A stretch of DNA of 64,000 nucleotides from Mobula hypostoma (Eukaryota), in the NCBI RefSeq assembly GCF_963921235.1, contig NC_086097.1, forward strand, positions 213,158,001 to 213,222,000. The letters run 5' to 3'. Every line of letters begins with the position of its first letter. Positions within the stretch are counted from its first letter, which is position 1. The translations under genes and the position numbers were made by a program. Under the pieces are notes generated by a model. It worked only from the letters and a program-made list of their open reading frames with translations. It was not told the origin of the DNA and did no database searches. Below, piece after piece: positions 25,200-38,559 of the stretch.

Positions 25200-25872
25200 G
25201 AACACCCTAAAGGTTAACTTGCATGTAGAGTCGGTGGTGAGGAAGGCAAATGCAATGTTAGCATTCATTTCAAGAGGTCTAGAATACAAGAGCAGGAATG
25301 TGATGCTGAGGCTTTATAAGACACTAGTGAGACCTCACCTTGAGTATTGTGAACAGTTTTGAGCTTCTCATCTAAGAAAAGATGTGTTGGCATTGGAGAG
25401 AGTTCACAGGAGGTTCACAAGGATGATTCTGGGAATGAAAGGTTATCATATGAGGAATGTTTGATAGCTCTGGGTCTGTACTTGCTGGAATTTAGAAAGA
25501 TGAGGGGAGACCTCATTGAAACCTTTCAAATGTTGAAAGGCTTAGACAGAGTAGATGTGGAAAGGACGTTTCCCATGGTGGGGGAGTTTAGGGCAAGAGG
25601 GCACAGCCTCAGGATAGTGGGGCATCCATTTAAAATAAAGATACAGAGAAATTTCTTTAGTCAGAGGGTGGTGAATTTGTGGAATTTTTATTATGTCAGG
25701 CAGCTGTGGAGGCCAGGTCATTAGGTGTATTTAAGGCAGAGCTTGATAGTCCTTGATTGAACAAAGCATCAGAGGTTATGGGGAGTGGGGCTAAGGAGGG
25801 GAAAAAAGTATCAGCCATGATTAAATGGCAGAGCAGACTCAATGGGCCAAATAGCCTAATTGTGCTCCTATA
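25200..25872 (+). mobile_element. CR1 3' fragment
   Basis: LSYEECLIALGLYLLEFRKMRGDLIETFQMLKGLDRVD...FFSQRVVNLWN plus 3'UTR. Confidence 0.88.
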
Positions 25873-28800
25873 AGGAGAATTCTCCTCTTATAGTATTATA
25901 CCAGAAGTTTGTTCCAGAGTTTGCATATAAATTACAGACCCACGTAAACATATTTTGATGTCATTAACAGAAAATATTAATATTTATACAGCTTCTGTGG
26001 GTTTGCAAACTAGAAAGTTGAGGCCTGCTTCTGCATTAAGAGAGAGACCACAACCTTATCTGATGTATTGTCAATGAGGCATTCATTATTTTCCCCAAGT
26101 ACATCTCCATCAAGTTGTTTTCTTAATGTTAACTCTACCCTTTTACTCCAACTTCTTCCCCCACCTCAAAGTTTACATTCCAAACCTCCTCTCTCCAAAA
26201 TTCCAATTATTCCTCCAATTAAACCTCTAACTCCTTATTACAGCCAATCCTTATCACAGACTCAGGTATTTTTTGCCCAAAGAATTCATCCTGGTTTATC
26301 ATCCTTAGTGACCAACCACCAATCTATTCTTCAACTACATCCCATTTCTCCGTATAGCCTAAATCTCTCCCCACTCCACACTCAATCCCTGTCAAACCCT
26401 CTCCCAAGGTTACGGATGCATCACGTTCATGCTCTATTTCTGGAACAGCAGAACTATCAGAGAAAATACCATTGTGTGCAATCTGTGCAAGATCTTTTCT
26501 TAAGCCTTGAGTGCAATAGCAATTCCTCTAACCAAAACCTTCCACAAAACAGTCGTACGACTCGAAAAACACACTTATAACTCTTTTTTAGGACAACTTA
26601 GAATTTCTAACTGACTAACTTTTGCATGTTTATCCCAAGTTTATTTACACTATGCCCACTAATAGTAAAATATTTATAAAGAATTTTAAATTTGAACTGA
26701 ATACACTAAAAGCTGCTCACAGAGAAGAAACTTCTGTTTTTTTTTAGGTCATAAAGTGACCTAGAAACAAAGCACTGAATCTATCATTGCAAAGTTAATT
26801 CTCTATATTCATCAGTAATAGAGTTAAAAATAGTGTGTTAATTGAGTGCATTAAAATCCAAATATGACAAAAGACCATGCAATTAATTATAGATTTTAAA
26901 ATTTAAATTACACACCACTTTCCTCGTTAAGTATACAAAAATTTATAAAAGCCTGAACAAATTATCTTCTAGGTTGACATGTCCTACTTGAATCGATGTG
27001 GTTCTTTTTTGGTGACACACCATAAAGAGAATTCTTGTGGGATAACTCAATATGGATCATAAACTAGGTGAATTATTTTTGTTCAACTTGCAGCATACTG
27101 AAATGATTCCTTATCTGACCTTGTCACAATTAATCATCAGCTAATTACAAGTGGTGGGTGAAGCTATCCTGGACCTATTACATTTGATCCTCCTTCAGGG
27201 GCATTACATTTTCTAAACCATTTGTTTCCCGAAGAGGTATTGAATTAAAGCTCTTTGTGTTGCTAAAGTGGACATAAAAGAAATCATTTTTTTAAGAATA
27301 GGGAAACAAGAGTTCTGGCTAATAGTTATCCAATAATTAACAGCAAGTAGCATAAATGATGTTATCACAATGTAGTTTTTAGGGATTATGCACAAATTGA
27401 TTGCCATTTTTGCCAAAGTAATATCAATCACTCTTCATGCTTCGGTATATCTTGGGAAAGTATAACTGAGTAGCTGAATGAATAAAATTAAATCCCGTGT
27501 AGATTTTGGTTTGATGAGAAACTACTCTATTCTCACAAGATTGCTGCTATTAATGGCAGTAATTCTGCATTGGATCAACTGGAAAATTCCCGAAGGTATG
27601 GAATAAGGCTATCGCTTCTCAAAATCTTCACTAAAATTAAGATATACAGAACATGTTAGAACATTAAAAAAGACAACTAAATGATGGACTGACGCAGGTA
27701 GAATACGGAAAACTGCTTCAGACATTGCACTTGTCATAGTGAAATTATTTACAAAAGTTATCAAGACGTGTATATACTATGCAAGATTGAGTACTCCAGG
27801 CTCATGACCAGAATTTGCAGTGCATGTATCACTAAGTGTCATAGAATAATACCCAGAATGTATTTGGATAAATAAGTACACCAGTCCAAATGTTGGCATT
27901 TTGGATTGCATTGAAAGATTGTGCTGCTTTGCAAAAATACTAGATAATTAATCTAGATCTGTACAATTAAGGGAAGATGCACATTTCTTAAAAAGTGTTG
28001 ACAGGTATATCTTTAAATAGTGATTTCACAAGAGGGTGGGCTATAGTACAGGCAACTACAAAATATTACAATGGTGGAAGGGGGATTTGCACAAACTGTT
28101 CATATTGCCTTTTTCAGTTATGTGAAGCCGGACCATCAGCACATGCTTCAAGAAACACAAGTTGAAATTAATTTTGTGCTTATTTATTTTCTTCCTTGGA
28201 CAAACTCAAGTCTCAAATTTTATTCCACTGTGTATCTCAAATTTACTCAAATAGCCCTAGCACAAGTATTTGCTGGATGAGAAAGGTCAAAGTCCTATAA
28301 CTCATTCATTCTTAATTAGCTGAAATCAAGACAGAATGGAAGAATAACAGAAATTGCTGAATATTTTCAAAAGTTCAAGCAACATCTTTCACCCTTACCT
28401 GAAAGAAATAAAATTACTTTAACACTGTTTTGCTCTCCACAGATGTTAATTGGTGGATTATCTGCACTTTGTTTAAAAATCTATCTGTAGACTTTGTATA
28501 GTTTGATTTTGTGACAGAATGATAATCTTGGTTTCGATAGCCAGAATAGATTGTTTTGTATATTACAGTTATTATCTTAGAAGCCTCATGAAAATAGTTC
28601 CTTTCCCCAAACTTCACCACCCACTAAATACTTTTCATCTGTAAAATTGGCAATTATGCAAAGCAGGACATTCCTCTAGCAACAGGAATTCTGCAGATGC
28701 TGGAAATTCAAGCAACATACATCAAAGTTGCTGGTGAACGCAGCAGGCCAAGCAGCATCTATAGGAAGAGGCGCAGTCGATGTTTCAGGCCGAGACCCTT

Positions 28801-29572
28801 CGTCAGGACTAACTGAAGGAAGAGTGAGTAAGGGATTTGAAAGCTGGAGGGGGAGGGGGAGATGCAAAATGATAGGAGAAGACAGGAGGGGGAGGGATAG
28901 AGCTGAGAGCTGGACAGGTGATAGGCAAAAGGGGATACGAGAGGATCATGGGACAGGAGGTCCGGGAAGAAAGACAAGGGAGGGGGTGACCCAGAGGATG
29001 GGCAAGAGGTATATTCAGAGGGACAGAGGGAGAAAAAGGAGAGTGAGAGAAAGAATGTGTGCATAAAAATGAGTAACAGATGGGGTACGAGGGGGAGGTG
29101 GGGCCTTAGCGGAAGTTAGAGAAGTCGATGTTCATGCCATCAGGTTGGAGGCTACCCAGACGGAATATAAGGTGTTGTTCCTCCAACCTGAGTGTGGCTT
29201 CATCTTTACAGTAGAGGAGGCCGTGGATAGACATGTCAGAATGGGAATGGGATGTGGAATTAAAATGTGTGGCCACTGGGAGATCCTGCTTTCTCTGGCG
29301 GACAGAGGCTAGATGTTCAGCAAAGCGGTCTCCCAGTCTGCGTCGGGTCTCACCAATATATAAAAGGCCACATCGGGAGCACCGGACGCAGTATATCACC
29401 CCAGCCGACTCACAGGTGAAGTGATGCCTCACCTGGAAGGACTGTTTGGGGCCCTGAATGGTGGTAAGGGAGGAAGTGTAAGGGCATGTGTAGCACTTGT
29501 TCCGCTTCCACGGATAAGTGCCAGGAGGGAGATCAGTGGGGAGGGATGGGGGGGACGAATGGACAAGGGAGT

Positions 29573-31332
29573 CTGACCTCTACCTTGCCGAGGCGCAGCG
29601 ACAACTCGCGGATACCACCTCCTCTTATTTACCCCTCGATCGTGACCCCACTAAGGAGCACCAGGCCATTGTCTCCCACACCATCACCGACTTTATCCGC
29701 TCAGGGGATCTCCCATCCACTGCTACCAACCTTATAGTTCCCACACCCCGCACTTCCCGTTTCTACCTCCTACCCAAGATCCACAACCCTGCCTGTCCTG
29801 GCCGACCTATTGTCTCAGCTTGCTCCTGCCCCACCGAACTCGTTTCTGCATACCTCGACACTGTTTTATCACCCCTTGTTCAATCCCTTCCGACCTATGT
29901 TCGTGACACTTCTCACGCTCTTAAACTTTTCGATGATTTTAAGTTCCCTGGCCCCCACCGCTTTATTTTCACCATGGATGTCCAGTCCTTATATACTTCC
30001 ATCCCCCATCAGGAAGGTCTCAAAGCTCTACGCTTCTTTTTGGATTCCAGACCTAATCAGTTCCCCTCTACCACCACTCTGCTCCGTCTAGCGGAATTAG
30101 TCCTTACTCTTAATAATTTCTCCTTTTGCTCCTCCCATTTCCTCCAAACTAAAGGTGTAGCTATGGGCACCCGTATGGGTCCTAGCTATGCCTGCCTTTT
30201 TGTTGGGTTTGTGGAACAATCTATGTTCCGTGCCTATTCTGGTATCTGTCCCCCACTTTTCCTTCGCTACATCGACGACTGCATTGGCGCTGCTTCCTGC
30301 ACGCATGCAGAACTCGTTGACTTTATTAACTTTGCCTCCAACTTTCACCCTGCCCTCAAGTTTACCTGGTCCATTTCCGACACCTCCCTCCCCTTTCTAG
30401 ATCTTTCTGTCTCTGTCTCTGGAGACAGCTTATCCACTGATGTCTACTATAAGCCTACTGACTCTCACAGCTATCTGGACTATTCCTCTTCTCACCCTGT
30501 CTCTTGCAAAAACGCCATCCTCTTCTCGCAATTCCTCCGTCTCCGCCGCATCTGCTCTCAGGATGAGGCTTTTCATTCTAGGACGAGGGAGATGTCTTCA
30601 TTTTTTAAAGAAAGGGTCTTCCCTTCCTCCACTATCAACTCTGCTCTTAAACGCATCTCCCCCATTTCACGTACATCTGCTCTCAGTCCATCCTCCCACC
30701 ACCCCACTAGGAATAGGGTTCCCCTGGTCCTCACCTACCACCCCACCCGCCTCCGGGTCCAACATATTATTCTCCGTAACTTCCGCCACCTCCAACGGGA
30801 TCCCACCACTAAGCACATCTTTCCCTCCCCCCCCCCCGCATTCCGCAGGGATCGCTCCCTACACAACTCCCTTGTCCATTCGTCCCCCCAATCCCTCCCC
30901 ACTGATCTCCCTCCTGGCACTTATCCGTGGAAGCGGAACAAGTGCTACACATGCCCTTACACTTCCTCCCTTACCACCATTCAGGGCCCCAAACAGTCCT
31001 TCCAGGTGAGGCATCACTTCACCTGTGAGTCGACTGGGGTGATATACTGCGTCCAGTGCTCCCGATGTGGCCTTTTATATATTGGTGAGACCCGACGCAG
31101 ACTGGGAGACCGCTTTGCTGAACATCTACGCTCTGTCTGCCAGAGAAAGCAGGATCTCCCAGTGGCCACACATTTTAATTCCACATCCCATTCCCATTCT
31201 GACATGTCTATCCACGGCCTCCTCTACTGTAAAGATGAAGCCACACTCAGGTTGGAGGAACAACACCTTATATTCCGTCTGGGTAGCTTCCAACCTGATG
31301 GCATGAACATCGACTTCTCTAACTTCCGCTAA
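29573..31332 (+). pseudogene. 5'-truncated but uninterrupted PLE ORF: reverse transcriptase + GIY-YIG endonuclease
   Basis: FYLLPKIH, GRPIVS, MDVQSLYTSIP, QTKGVAMG, RYIDD, LPFLD, YYKPT, a Cys-rich linker (KCYTC), and VIYCVQCSRCGLLYIGET...RFAEH. No internal stop; native N-terminus missing. Confidence 0.92.
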
Positions 31333-31627
31333 GGCCCCAACTCCCCCTCGTACCCCATCTGTTACTCATTTTTATGCACACATTCTTTCTCTCACTCTCC
31401 TTTTTCTCCCTCTGTCCCTCTGAATATACCTCTTGCCCATCCTCTGGGTCACCCCCGCCCCCCGTCTTTCTTCCCGGACCTCCTGTCCCATGATCCTCTC
31501 GTATCCCCTTTTGCCTATCACCTGTCCAGCTCTCGGCTCTATCCCTCCCCCTCCTGTCTTCTCCTATCATTTTGCATCTCCCCCTCCCCCTCCAGCTTTC
31601 AAATCCCTTACTCACTCTTCCTTCAGT

Positions 31628-31665
31628 TAGTCCTGACGAAGGGTCTCGGCCTGAAACGTCGACTG
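31628..31665 (+). ncRNA. Minimal type I hammerhead ribozyme motif in the PLE terminus
   Basis: Helix I UAGUC/GACUG, core CUGACGA, helix II AGG-GUCUCGG-CCU, GAAA, loop-less palindromic ACGU helix III. Predicted cleavage after GUC at 31660. Confidence 0.8.
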
Positions 31666-32319
31666 CGCCTCTTCCTATAGATGCTGCTTGGCCTGCTGCG
31701 TTCACCAGCAACTTTGATGTACATTCCTCTATCATTCACTATACCTAGCATATTATTTTATTTACAGTATATACATTATGTCAATATTCATTATTTCTTT
31801 CATGAGCATAATGACAGCCCAAATATTTATACAGGGTCTAGAACTTCTTTGTCCAATAGCAGCAAGATACTGGATAGTCTTTGGTGGCTACAACATGCAT
31901 GTCCTTCTGCATGTTGGAGTGAGCCACTGTAGCATTTGGTCAAAAACAAGTCCTTTTACTCGAAGGCCACCAAGGTTTGGACAGAACATAGTGCCTCTCC
32001 CAGCCGGAATCAATGGTTTCCTCAGTACATACCCAACAGAGCTCCATATTGAGAAGCAGCTCAGGATGAAAATCAAAGATAGTTAGATCCTTTTCTAGAT
32101 GTTGTTAAAAAGCACACTTTAGAAGGACAATGGTGCAATCCACTCTGCAGCAATGTTGAGGACAACATGCACTAAGATGGGGAATCAGCTTGTATATGAA
32201 GAATCTAATGAGAACACCTGCCACTGGTCAAGTGATCTGTGCTTATTTGAAAGTTCTGGTGATGAGACATTCTGCTTTGATAGTCTGATCAAGGAAGCAC
32301 CTTTTCTCAAACGCCATTA

Positions 32320-32640
32320 GGAACATTCCGTGTCGACATGGCATTACAAAGAAGGCGTGACAGCTTTCTTAGAGGTTTGCGCAGATTCGGCATGACATCT
32401 AAACTTCTTCAGATGCACAATGCAGAATATCCTGACTGATTGCATCACAACCCAGTACGGAAATACCAATGCCCAAGAACAGAAAAGGCAGTAAAAAGTG
32501 GAGGATGTCCAACACAGGAAAAGCTTTCCCCACCACAGCACATCCACAAAGAGCACTGCCTCAAGAGAGCCGTAGGGTCCTGTATCTCCACCAGGTTCAG
32601 TAACAGTTCTACCAACAGACTCCTGAACCAGCATGGATAA
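32320..32640 (+). mobile_element. Rex1/Babar-type fragment
   Basis: ttcttagaggtttgcgcagattcggcatg (FLRGLRRFGM) and gaatatcctgactgattgcatcac (xILTxCIT). Confidence 0.65.
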
Positions 32641-32644
32641 TTTA

Positions 32645-33805
32645 GACTATAAGATATAGGAGCAAAATTAAGGCATTCAGGCCATCGGATCTACTCTGCC
32701 ATGCAACCATGCCTTATTTATTATTCCTCCAACCCTCATTCTCCAGCCTTATCCCCATAACTTTTGATGCCCTTACTAATCAAGAATCTAGTAGCCTCCC
32801 CTTTAAATATACCCAATGACTTGGTCCCCACTGTGGCAATCAGTTCCAGAGATTCATTATCCTCTGACTGAAGAAATTTATCCTCATCTCTGTTCTGAAG
32901 GGACATCCCTCTATTCTGAGGTTGTACCCTTTGGTCCTAGACTCCCCCAATAAGGGAATCACCCTCTCCACATCCACTCTATCTAGTCTTTCAATTTTGA
33001 TACCCCTCATTCTTCTAAACTCCAGTGAGTATAGGCCCTGAGCCATCAAACACTCCTCCGATGTTAACCCTTTCATTTCCAGGATCATTCCTGTGAACCT
33101 CTTTATACACTCTCCAATACCAGCTCATCCTTTCTTAGGTGAGGGGTACAAAATCCCTCACAATACTCCGTACAATCTGCAATCTGACTAATGCCCTAAA
33201 GCCTCAGCAATACACCTTTGCTTTCATATTCTAGTCCTCTGGAAATGAATGCTAACATTGCATTTGCCTTCCTCACCACCAACTCAACCTGCAAGTTAGC
33301 CTTTAGGGAACCCTGCATGAGGATTCCCACATCATTTTGTACCTCAGATTTCTGAATTTTCTCCCCATTTAGAAAATAGTCTACACTTTTATTCCTTCTA
33401 CCGAAGTGCATGACCATATACTTTCCTACAATATATTCCATCAGCCACCTCTTTGTCCATTTTCCTAAACTGTCCAAGTCCATCTGCAGACTGCTTCCTT
33501 GACATTACCTACTCCTCCACTTATCTTCGTTCCTCTGCAAACTTGGCTATAAAGCTCTCAACTTCATCATCCAAATCATTGACATATAATGTGAAAAGAA
33601 GCCATCACAACACCGATCTCTACGGAACATCACCAGTCACAAGCAGCCAACCAGAAAACTTCACTCTTTGCTTCCTGCCAGTCAGCCAGTCTTTGATCCA
33701 TGCTAGTATCTTTCCTGTGATACCATGAGGTCTTATCTAGCTTAGAAGACTCATGTGCAGCACTTTGTCAAAGGCCTTCTGAAAATTCAAATAAACAACA
33801 TCAAT
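32645..33805 (-). mobile_element. Decayed CR1 3' half
   Basis: VMHFGRRNKSVDYFLNGEKIQKSEVQ, LYSLEFRRMRG, FFSQRIMNLWN; tail near 32645. Confidence 0.88.
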
Positions 33806-33965
33806 TTCACTCACCTCAACAACAAACTGACTCCATAACCTATGGATTCTCAGGGACTCTACAAACCATGTTCTCAGTATTATTTATTTATTATTAGTAG
33901 TCCCTTTTTGTATTTGTACAGTTTGTGGTCTTCTGCACATTGGTTGGTTGTCAGTCTTTGTGTAG

Positions 33966-36850
33966 AACTTAGAACTTAGAACATAGAATAGTACAGCACA
34001 GTACAGGCCCTTCAGCCCACAATGTTGTGCCGACCCTCAACCCTGCCTCCCATATAAGCCCCCACCTTAGATTCCTCCATATACCTGTCTAGTAGTCTCT
34101 TAAACTTCACTAGTGTATCTGCCTCCACCACTGACTCAGGCAATGCATTCCACGCACCAACCACTCTCTGAGTAAAAAACCTTCCTCTGATATCCCCCTT
34201 GAACTTCCCACCACTTACCATAAAGCCATGTCCTCTTGTATTGAGCAGTGATGCCTTGGGGAAGAGGCGCTGGCTATCCACTCTATCTATTCCTCTTATT
34301 ATCTTGTACACCTCTATCATGTCTCCTCTCCAAAGAGTAAAGCCCTAGCTCCCCTAATCTCTGATCATAATGCATACGTTCTAAACCAGGCAGCATCCTG
34401 GTAAATCTCCTCTGTACCCTTTCCAATGCTTCCACATCCTTCCTATAGTGAGGTGACCAGAACTGGACAGAGTACTCCAAGTGTGGCCTAACCAGAGTTT
34501 TATAGAGCTGCATCATTACATCGCGACTCTTAAACTCTATCCCTCGACTTATGAAAGCTAACACCCCATAAGCTTTCTTAACTACCCTATCCACCTGTGA
34601 GGCAAATTTCAGGGATCTGTGGACATGTACCCTGAGATCCCTCTGCTCCTCCACACCACGAAGTATCCTGCCATTTACTTTGTACTCTGCCTTGGAGTTT
34701 GTCCTTCCAAAGTGTACCACCTCACACTCCTCCGGGTTGAACTCCATCTGCCACTTCTCAGCCCACTTCTGCATCCTATCAATGTCTCTCTGCAATCTTT
34801 GACAATCCTTTACACTATCTACAACACCACCAACCTTTGTGTCATCTGCAAACTTGCCAACCCACCCTTCTACCCCCACATCCAGGTCGTTAATAAAAAT
34901 CACTAAAAGTAGAGGTCCCAGAACAGATCCTTGTGGGACACCACTAGTCACAATCCTCCAATCTGAATGTACTCCCTCCACCACCACCCTCTGCCTTCTG
35001 CAGGCAAGCCAATTCTGAATCCACCTGGCCAAACTTCCCTGGATCCCAGGCCTTCTAACTTTCTGAATAAGCCTACTGTGTGGAACTTTGTCAAATGCCT
35101 TACTAAAATCCATATAGATCACATCCACTGCACTACCATCATCTATATGCCTGGTCACCTCCTCAAAGAACTCTATCAGGCTTGTTAGACACGATCTGCC
35201 CTTCACAAAGCCACGCTGACTGTCCCTGATCAGACCATGATTCTCTGAATGCCTATAGATCCTATCTCTAAGAATCTTTTCCAACAGCTTTCCCACCACA
35301 GACATAAGGCTCACTGGTCTATAACTACCCGGACTATCCCTACTACCTGTTTTGAACAAGGGAACAACATTCGCCTCCCTCCAATCCTCCGGTACCATTC
35401 CCGTGGACAACAAGCACATAAAGATCCTAGCCAGAGGATTAGCAATCTCTTCTCTCGCCTCGTGGAGCAGCCTGGGGAATATTCCATCAGGCCCTGGGGA
35501 CTTATCTCTCCTAATGTATTTTAACAACTCCAACACCTCCTCTCCCTTAATATCTACATGCTCCAGAACATCAACCTCACTCATATTGTCCTCACCATCA
35601 TCAAGTTCCCTCTCATTGGTGAATACCGAAGAGAAGTATTCATTGAGGACCTCGCTCACTTCCACAGCCTCCAGGCACATCTTCCCATCTTTATCTCTAA
35701 TCAATCTTACCTTCACTCCTGTCATCCTTTTTTTCTTCACATAATTGAAGAATGCCTTGGGGTTTTCATTTATCCTACTCGCCAAGGGCTTCTCATGCTC
35801 CCTTCTTGCTCTTCTCAGTCCCTTCTTAAGCTCTTTTCTTGCTTCCCTATATTCCTCAATAGACCCATCTGATCCTTGCTTCCTAAACCTCATGTATGCT
35901 GCCTTCTTCCACCTGACTAGATTTTCCACCTCACTTGTCACCCATTGTTCCTTCACCCTACCATTCTTTATCTTCCTCACTGGGACAAATTTATCCCTTA
36001 CATCCCGCAAGAGATCTCTAAACATCGACCACATGTCCATAGTACATTTCCCTGCAAAAACATCATCCCAATTCACACCCGCAAGTTCTAGCCTTATAGC
36101 CTCATCATTTGCCTTTCCCCAATTAAAAATTTTCCTGTCCTCTTTGATTCTATCCTTTTCCATGATAATGCTAAAGGCCAGGGAGCAGTGGTCACTGTCC
36201 CCCAGATGCTCACCCACTGAGAGATCTGTGACCTGACCCGGTTCATTACCTAGTACTAGATCTAGTATGGCATTCCCCCTGGTCGGCCTGTCCACATACT
36301 GTGACAGGAATCCATCCTGGACACACTTAACAAACTCTGCCCCATCTAAACCCTTGGAACTAATTAGGTGCCAATCAATATTAGGGAAGTTAAAGTCACC
36401 CATGATAACAACCCTGTTATTTTTGCACCTTTCCAAAATCTGCCTCCCAATCTGCTCCTCTGTATCTCTGCTGCTACCAGGGGGCCTATAGAATACCCCC
36501 AGTAGAGTAACTGCTCCCTTCCTGTTCCTGACTTCCACCCATATTGACTCAAAAGAGGATCCTGCTACATTACCCACCCTTTTTGTAGCTGTAATAGTAT
36601 CCCTGACCAGTAATGCCACCCTCCTCCCCTTTTTTCGCCCTCTCTATCCCTTTTAAAGCACTGAAATCCAGGAATATTGACAATCCATTCCTGCCCTGGT
36701 GCCAGCCAAGTCTCTGTAATGGCCACTACATCATAATTCCATGTATGTATCCAAGCTCTCAGTTCATCACCTTGGTTCCTGATGCTTCTTGCATTGAGGT
36801 ACACACATTTCAGCCCTTCTACCTTACTGTCTTTACACCGTTTATTCTGC
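33966..36850 (-). mobile_element. Young CR1 LINE with nearly complete ORF2 (APE + RT)
   Basis: YLNARSIRN and VAITETWL (36565-36804) frameshift into a 778-aa ORF (GDFNFP, LGDSDH, KSPGPDG, YRPVSL, DFSKAFD, QGSVLGP, KFADD). C-terminus continues in ORF 34012..34320; (ttctaag)n tail. Splits a Rex1-type tail (33805-33965 / 36851-36965). Confidence 0.96.
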
Positions 36851-37049
36851 TTTTCATTGATTCTATTGTATTTCTTTGTTCTGCTGTGAATGCCTGCAAG
36901 AAAATGAATCTCGGGGTAGTATATGATGACATATATGTACTTTGATAATAAATTTACTTTGTGCTCTGATTTTTGTTGTCAAATATGTTCTTGTTCAGGT
37001 AGATCTCTATGAGGCTCAAGTGGAATATACAGTATATATAAATGGAATA

Positions 37050-37850
37050 TTTCATGGCACTTTAGCCAGCTCCATCATTTTCAACACTGGACAAGTTGCA
37101 CTTGTTTGAGGTGCGACGTTTATGAACACAGCATCTACATGCAGCCACACATATAGATGGCATGAGAAAGAGGGTTCCTCCTTGCCTGGAAATATATGCA
37201 TCAGATCCCTGTGGATATGATCCACTTTGGATCCAAAGGTAAAGTTGAACTCAGCTCAGGTGACTGCTGCAACACAGGAGTAGGATATGAAGTAAACCAG
37301 CGCCATTTATAACAACAGCTAGAATACCATGCACATGTCAACCAGATTCCTTCCCACAATCAAAAAGGAATGACATTCCAACATCCCCAGTGTTTAATCA
37401 ACACTCAACACAGTTCTTGCAGCATACCCTGATTCTTCCAAACCATATTCCCAACATCTTCAGGTAATCAATGTGAGTAGTGAAGGGAACAAAGGATTAG
37501 TCATACTAACTACAAAAGGGCATGATCTCTCCTTTGGTGCAATTGACTCTGATTGATAAGGCCTATTCAAATTGGTTGCAAATGTTCATCAGTCTGCAGA
37601 CTGATCATGGGTCTGAGCAAAAGACAGCTATATCATTTATCTATAGAGAGACTCACGCTGCTCAGAGAGAGCACCTCTACTGCTCATGTCCCTTCTGATG
37701 GATTTTTGCAAAAGGCTCAATACTATACACAAACAAGCCAGAGGAGAGGGGCAGTCTTGCTCAACAACAGATTTTTCCAGGAAATTCCATTTCTCACCTG
37801 CTAACTTAAAATCTGTTACTGATGTCCATTAATAGCACTTACATCCAATT
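37050..37850 (-). mobile_element. Ancient L1/Tx1-like RT remnant
   Basis: Minus strand yields CPLSSGLFVYSIEPF (RT motif B-like, about 37710-37760) and YLKMLGIWFG (about 37435-37470). Confidence 0.55.
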
Positions 37851-37859
37851 CAATGATAT

Positions 37860-38485
37860 CCATTCCCAAATTCCACTTTGATGCATCATCTGTGCAACTG
37901 TGTGTTGGACTTGTTAACCAACAAACCTCAGATAGTCAAGATGCACAACCACTCCTCCCTTCCCATCATCCTAATCGCAGGTGCCCCATAGGACTGCGTA
38001 TTGAGCATCTGGCTGTATACTCTGCTCAAACAGTACTAGCCTACCCACCACGAAAGACATTTATACAGAACAGTGCTGGGAAAGGGCCAGTAACTTCATG
38101 AAGGATTCTATCATACTGTTCATGGACTGTTGGTCCCATTTCCATCAGGGAGAAGGCTACACAACATTCATGCCAGGACCAGCAGACACAAAAACGGTTA
38201 CTTTTCCCAAACAGTAAGGCTACTAACCCACCCTCCACATCCCCAACCACCACTACTTTATCATTTCCCGACAGTCACCTTATGTACAGACACCCCTATG
38301 CCTAGGTCTCTTTATGGACATGTAATCAATGTTACCGTATGTATTTACAGTATCTTTCTTGTGGTGTTATTATTGTGTTCTTTATCTTATTGTATTTTTT
38401 GTAGTGTATTCAATCCAGTGTAAAAAAAATACTTTGTCTCCTTTATACACGCATACTGGAAATGACAGTAAACAACCTTGAAATT
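37860..38485 (+). mobile_element. Rex1/Babar-type internally deleted fragment with 3' tail
   Basis: GAPxDCVLS-like motif, PSGRRLHNIHARTSRHKNGYFSQTVRLL, and tail ggaaatgacagtaaacaaccttgaa. Confidence 0.7.
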
Positions 38486-38559
38486 TGAATCCTGAAGCTA
38501 CTTGTGAGATTTGCAGTCAAAAGCCAAATCCAAGCCAATTATGCAAGAATATATATGAC

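Larger units (their letters stand above)
28679..31720 (+). mobile_element. Penelope-like element (Neptune-like) with inverted terminal arms
   Basis: 28679-29572 is the reverse complement of about 30866-31720 plus ~40 extra terminal bases. 11-bp TSD acattcctcta at 28668-28678 and 31721-31731. Confidence 0.95.

Noticed and set aside
26068..26580. 170-aa Pro/Ser/Leu-rich ORF
   Set aside because: C/T-rich low-complexity frame with a non-ATG start, possibly an ancient L2 remnant; no exon support.
29518..29572. N-terminus (MPGGRSVG...) of the 604-aa ORF as a real start
   Set aside because: The start is a GTG inside the inverted arm. The frame is open across the junction by chance and the native PLE N-terminus is missing.
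31780..32320. Possible Tx1-like remnant (FSIW...LGGLRV)
   Set aside because: Only weak motif resemblance; not enough to call without an HMM search.
34619..36491. Plus-strand ORFs opposite the CR1 ORF2
   Set aside because: Antisense shadow frames of the retrotransposon coding sequence; no independent evidence.
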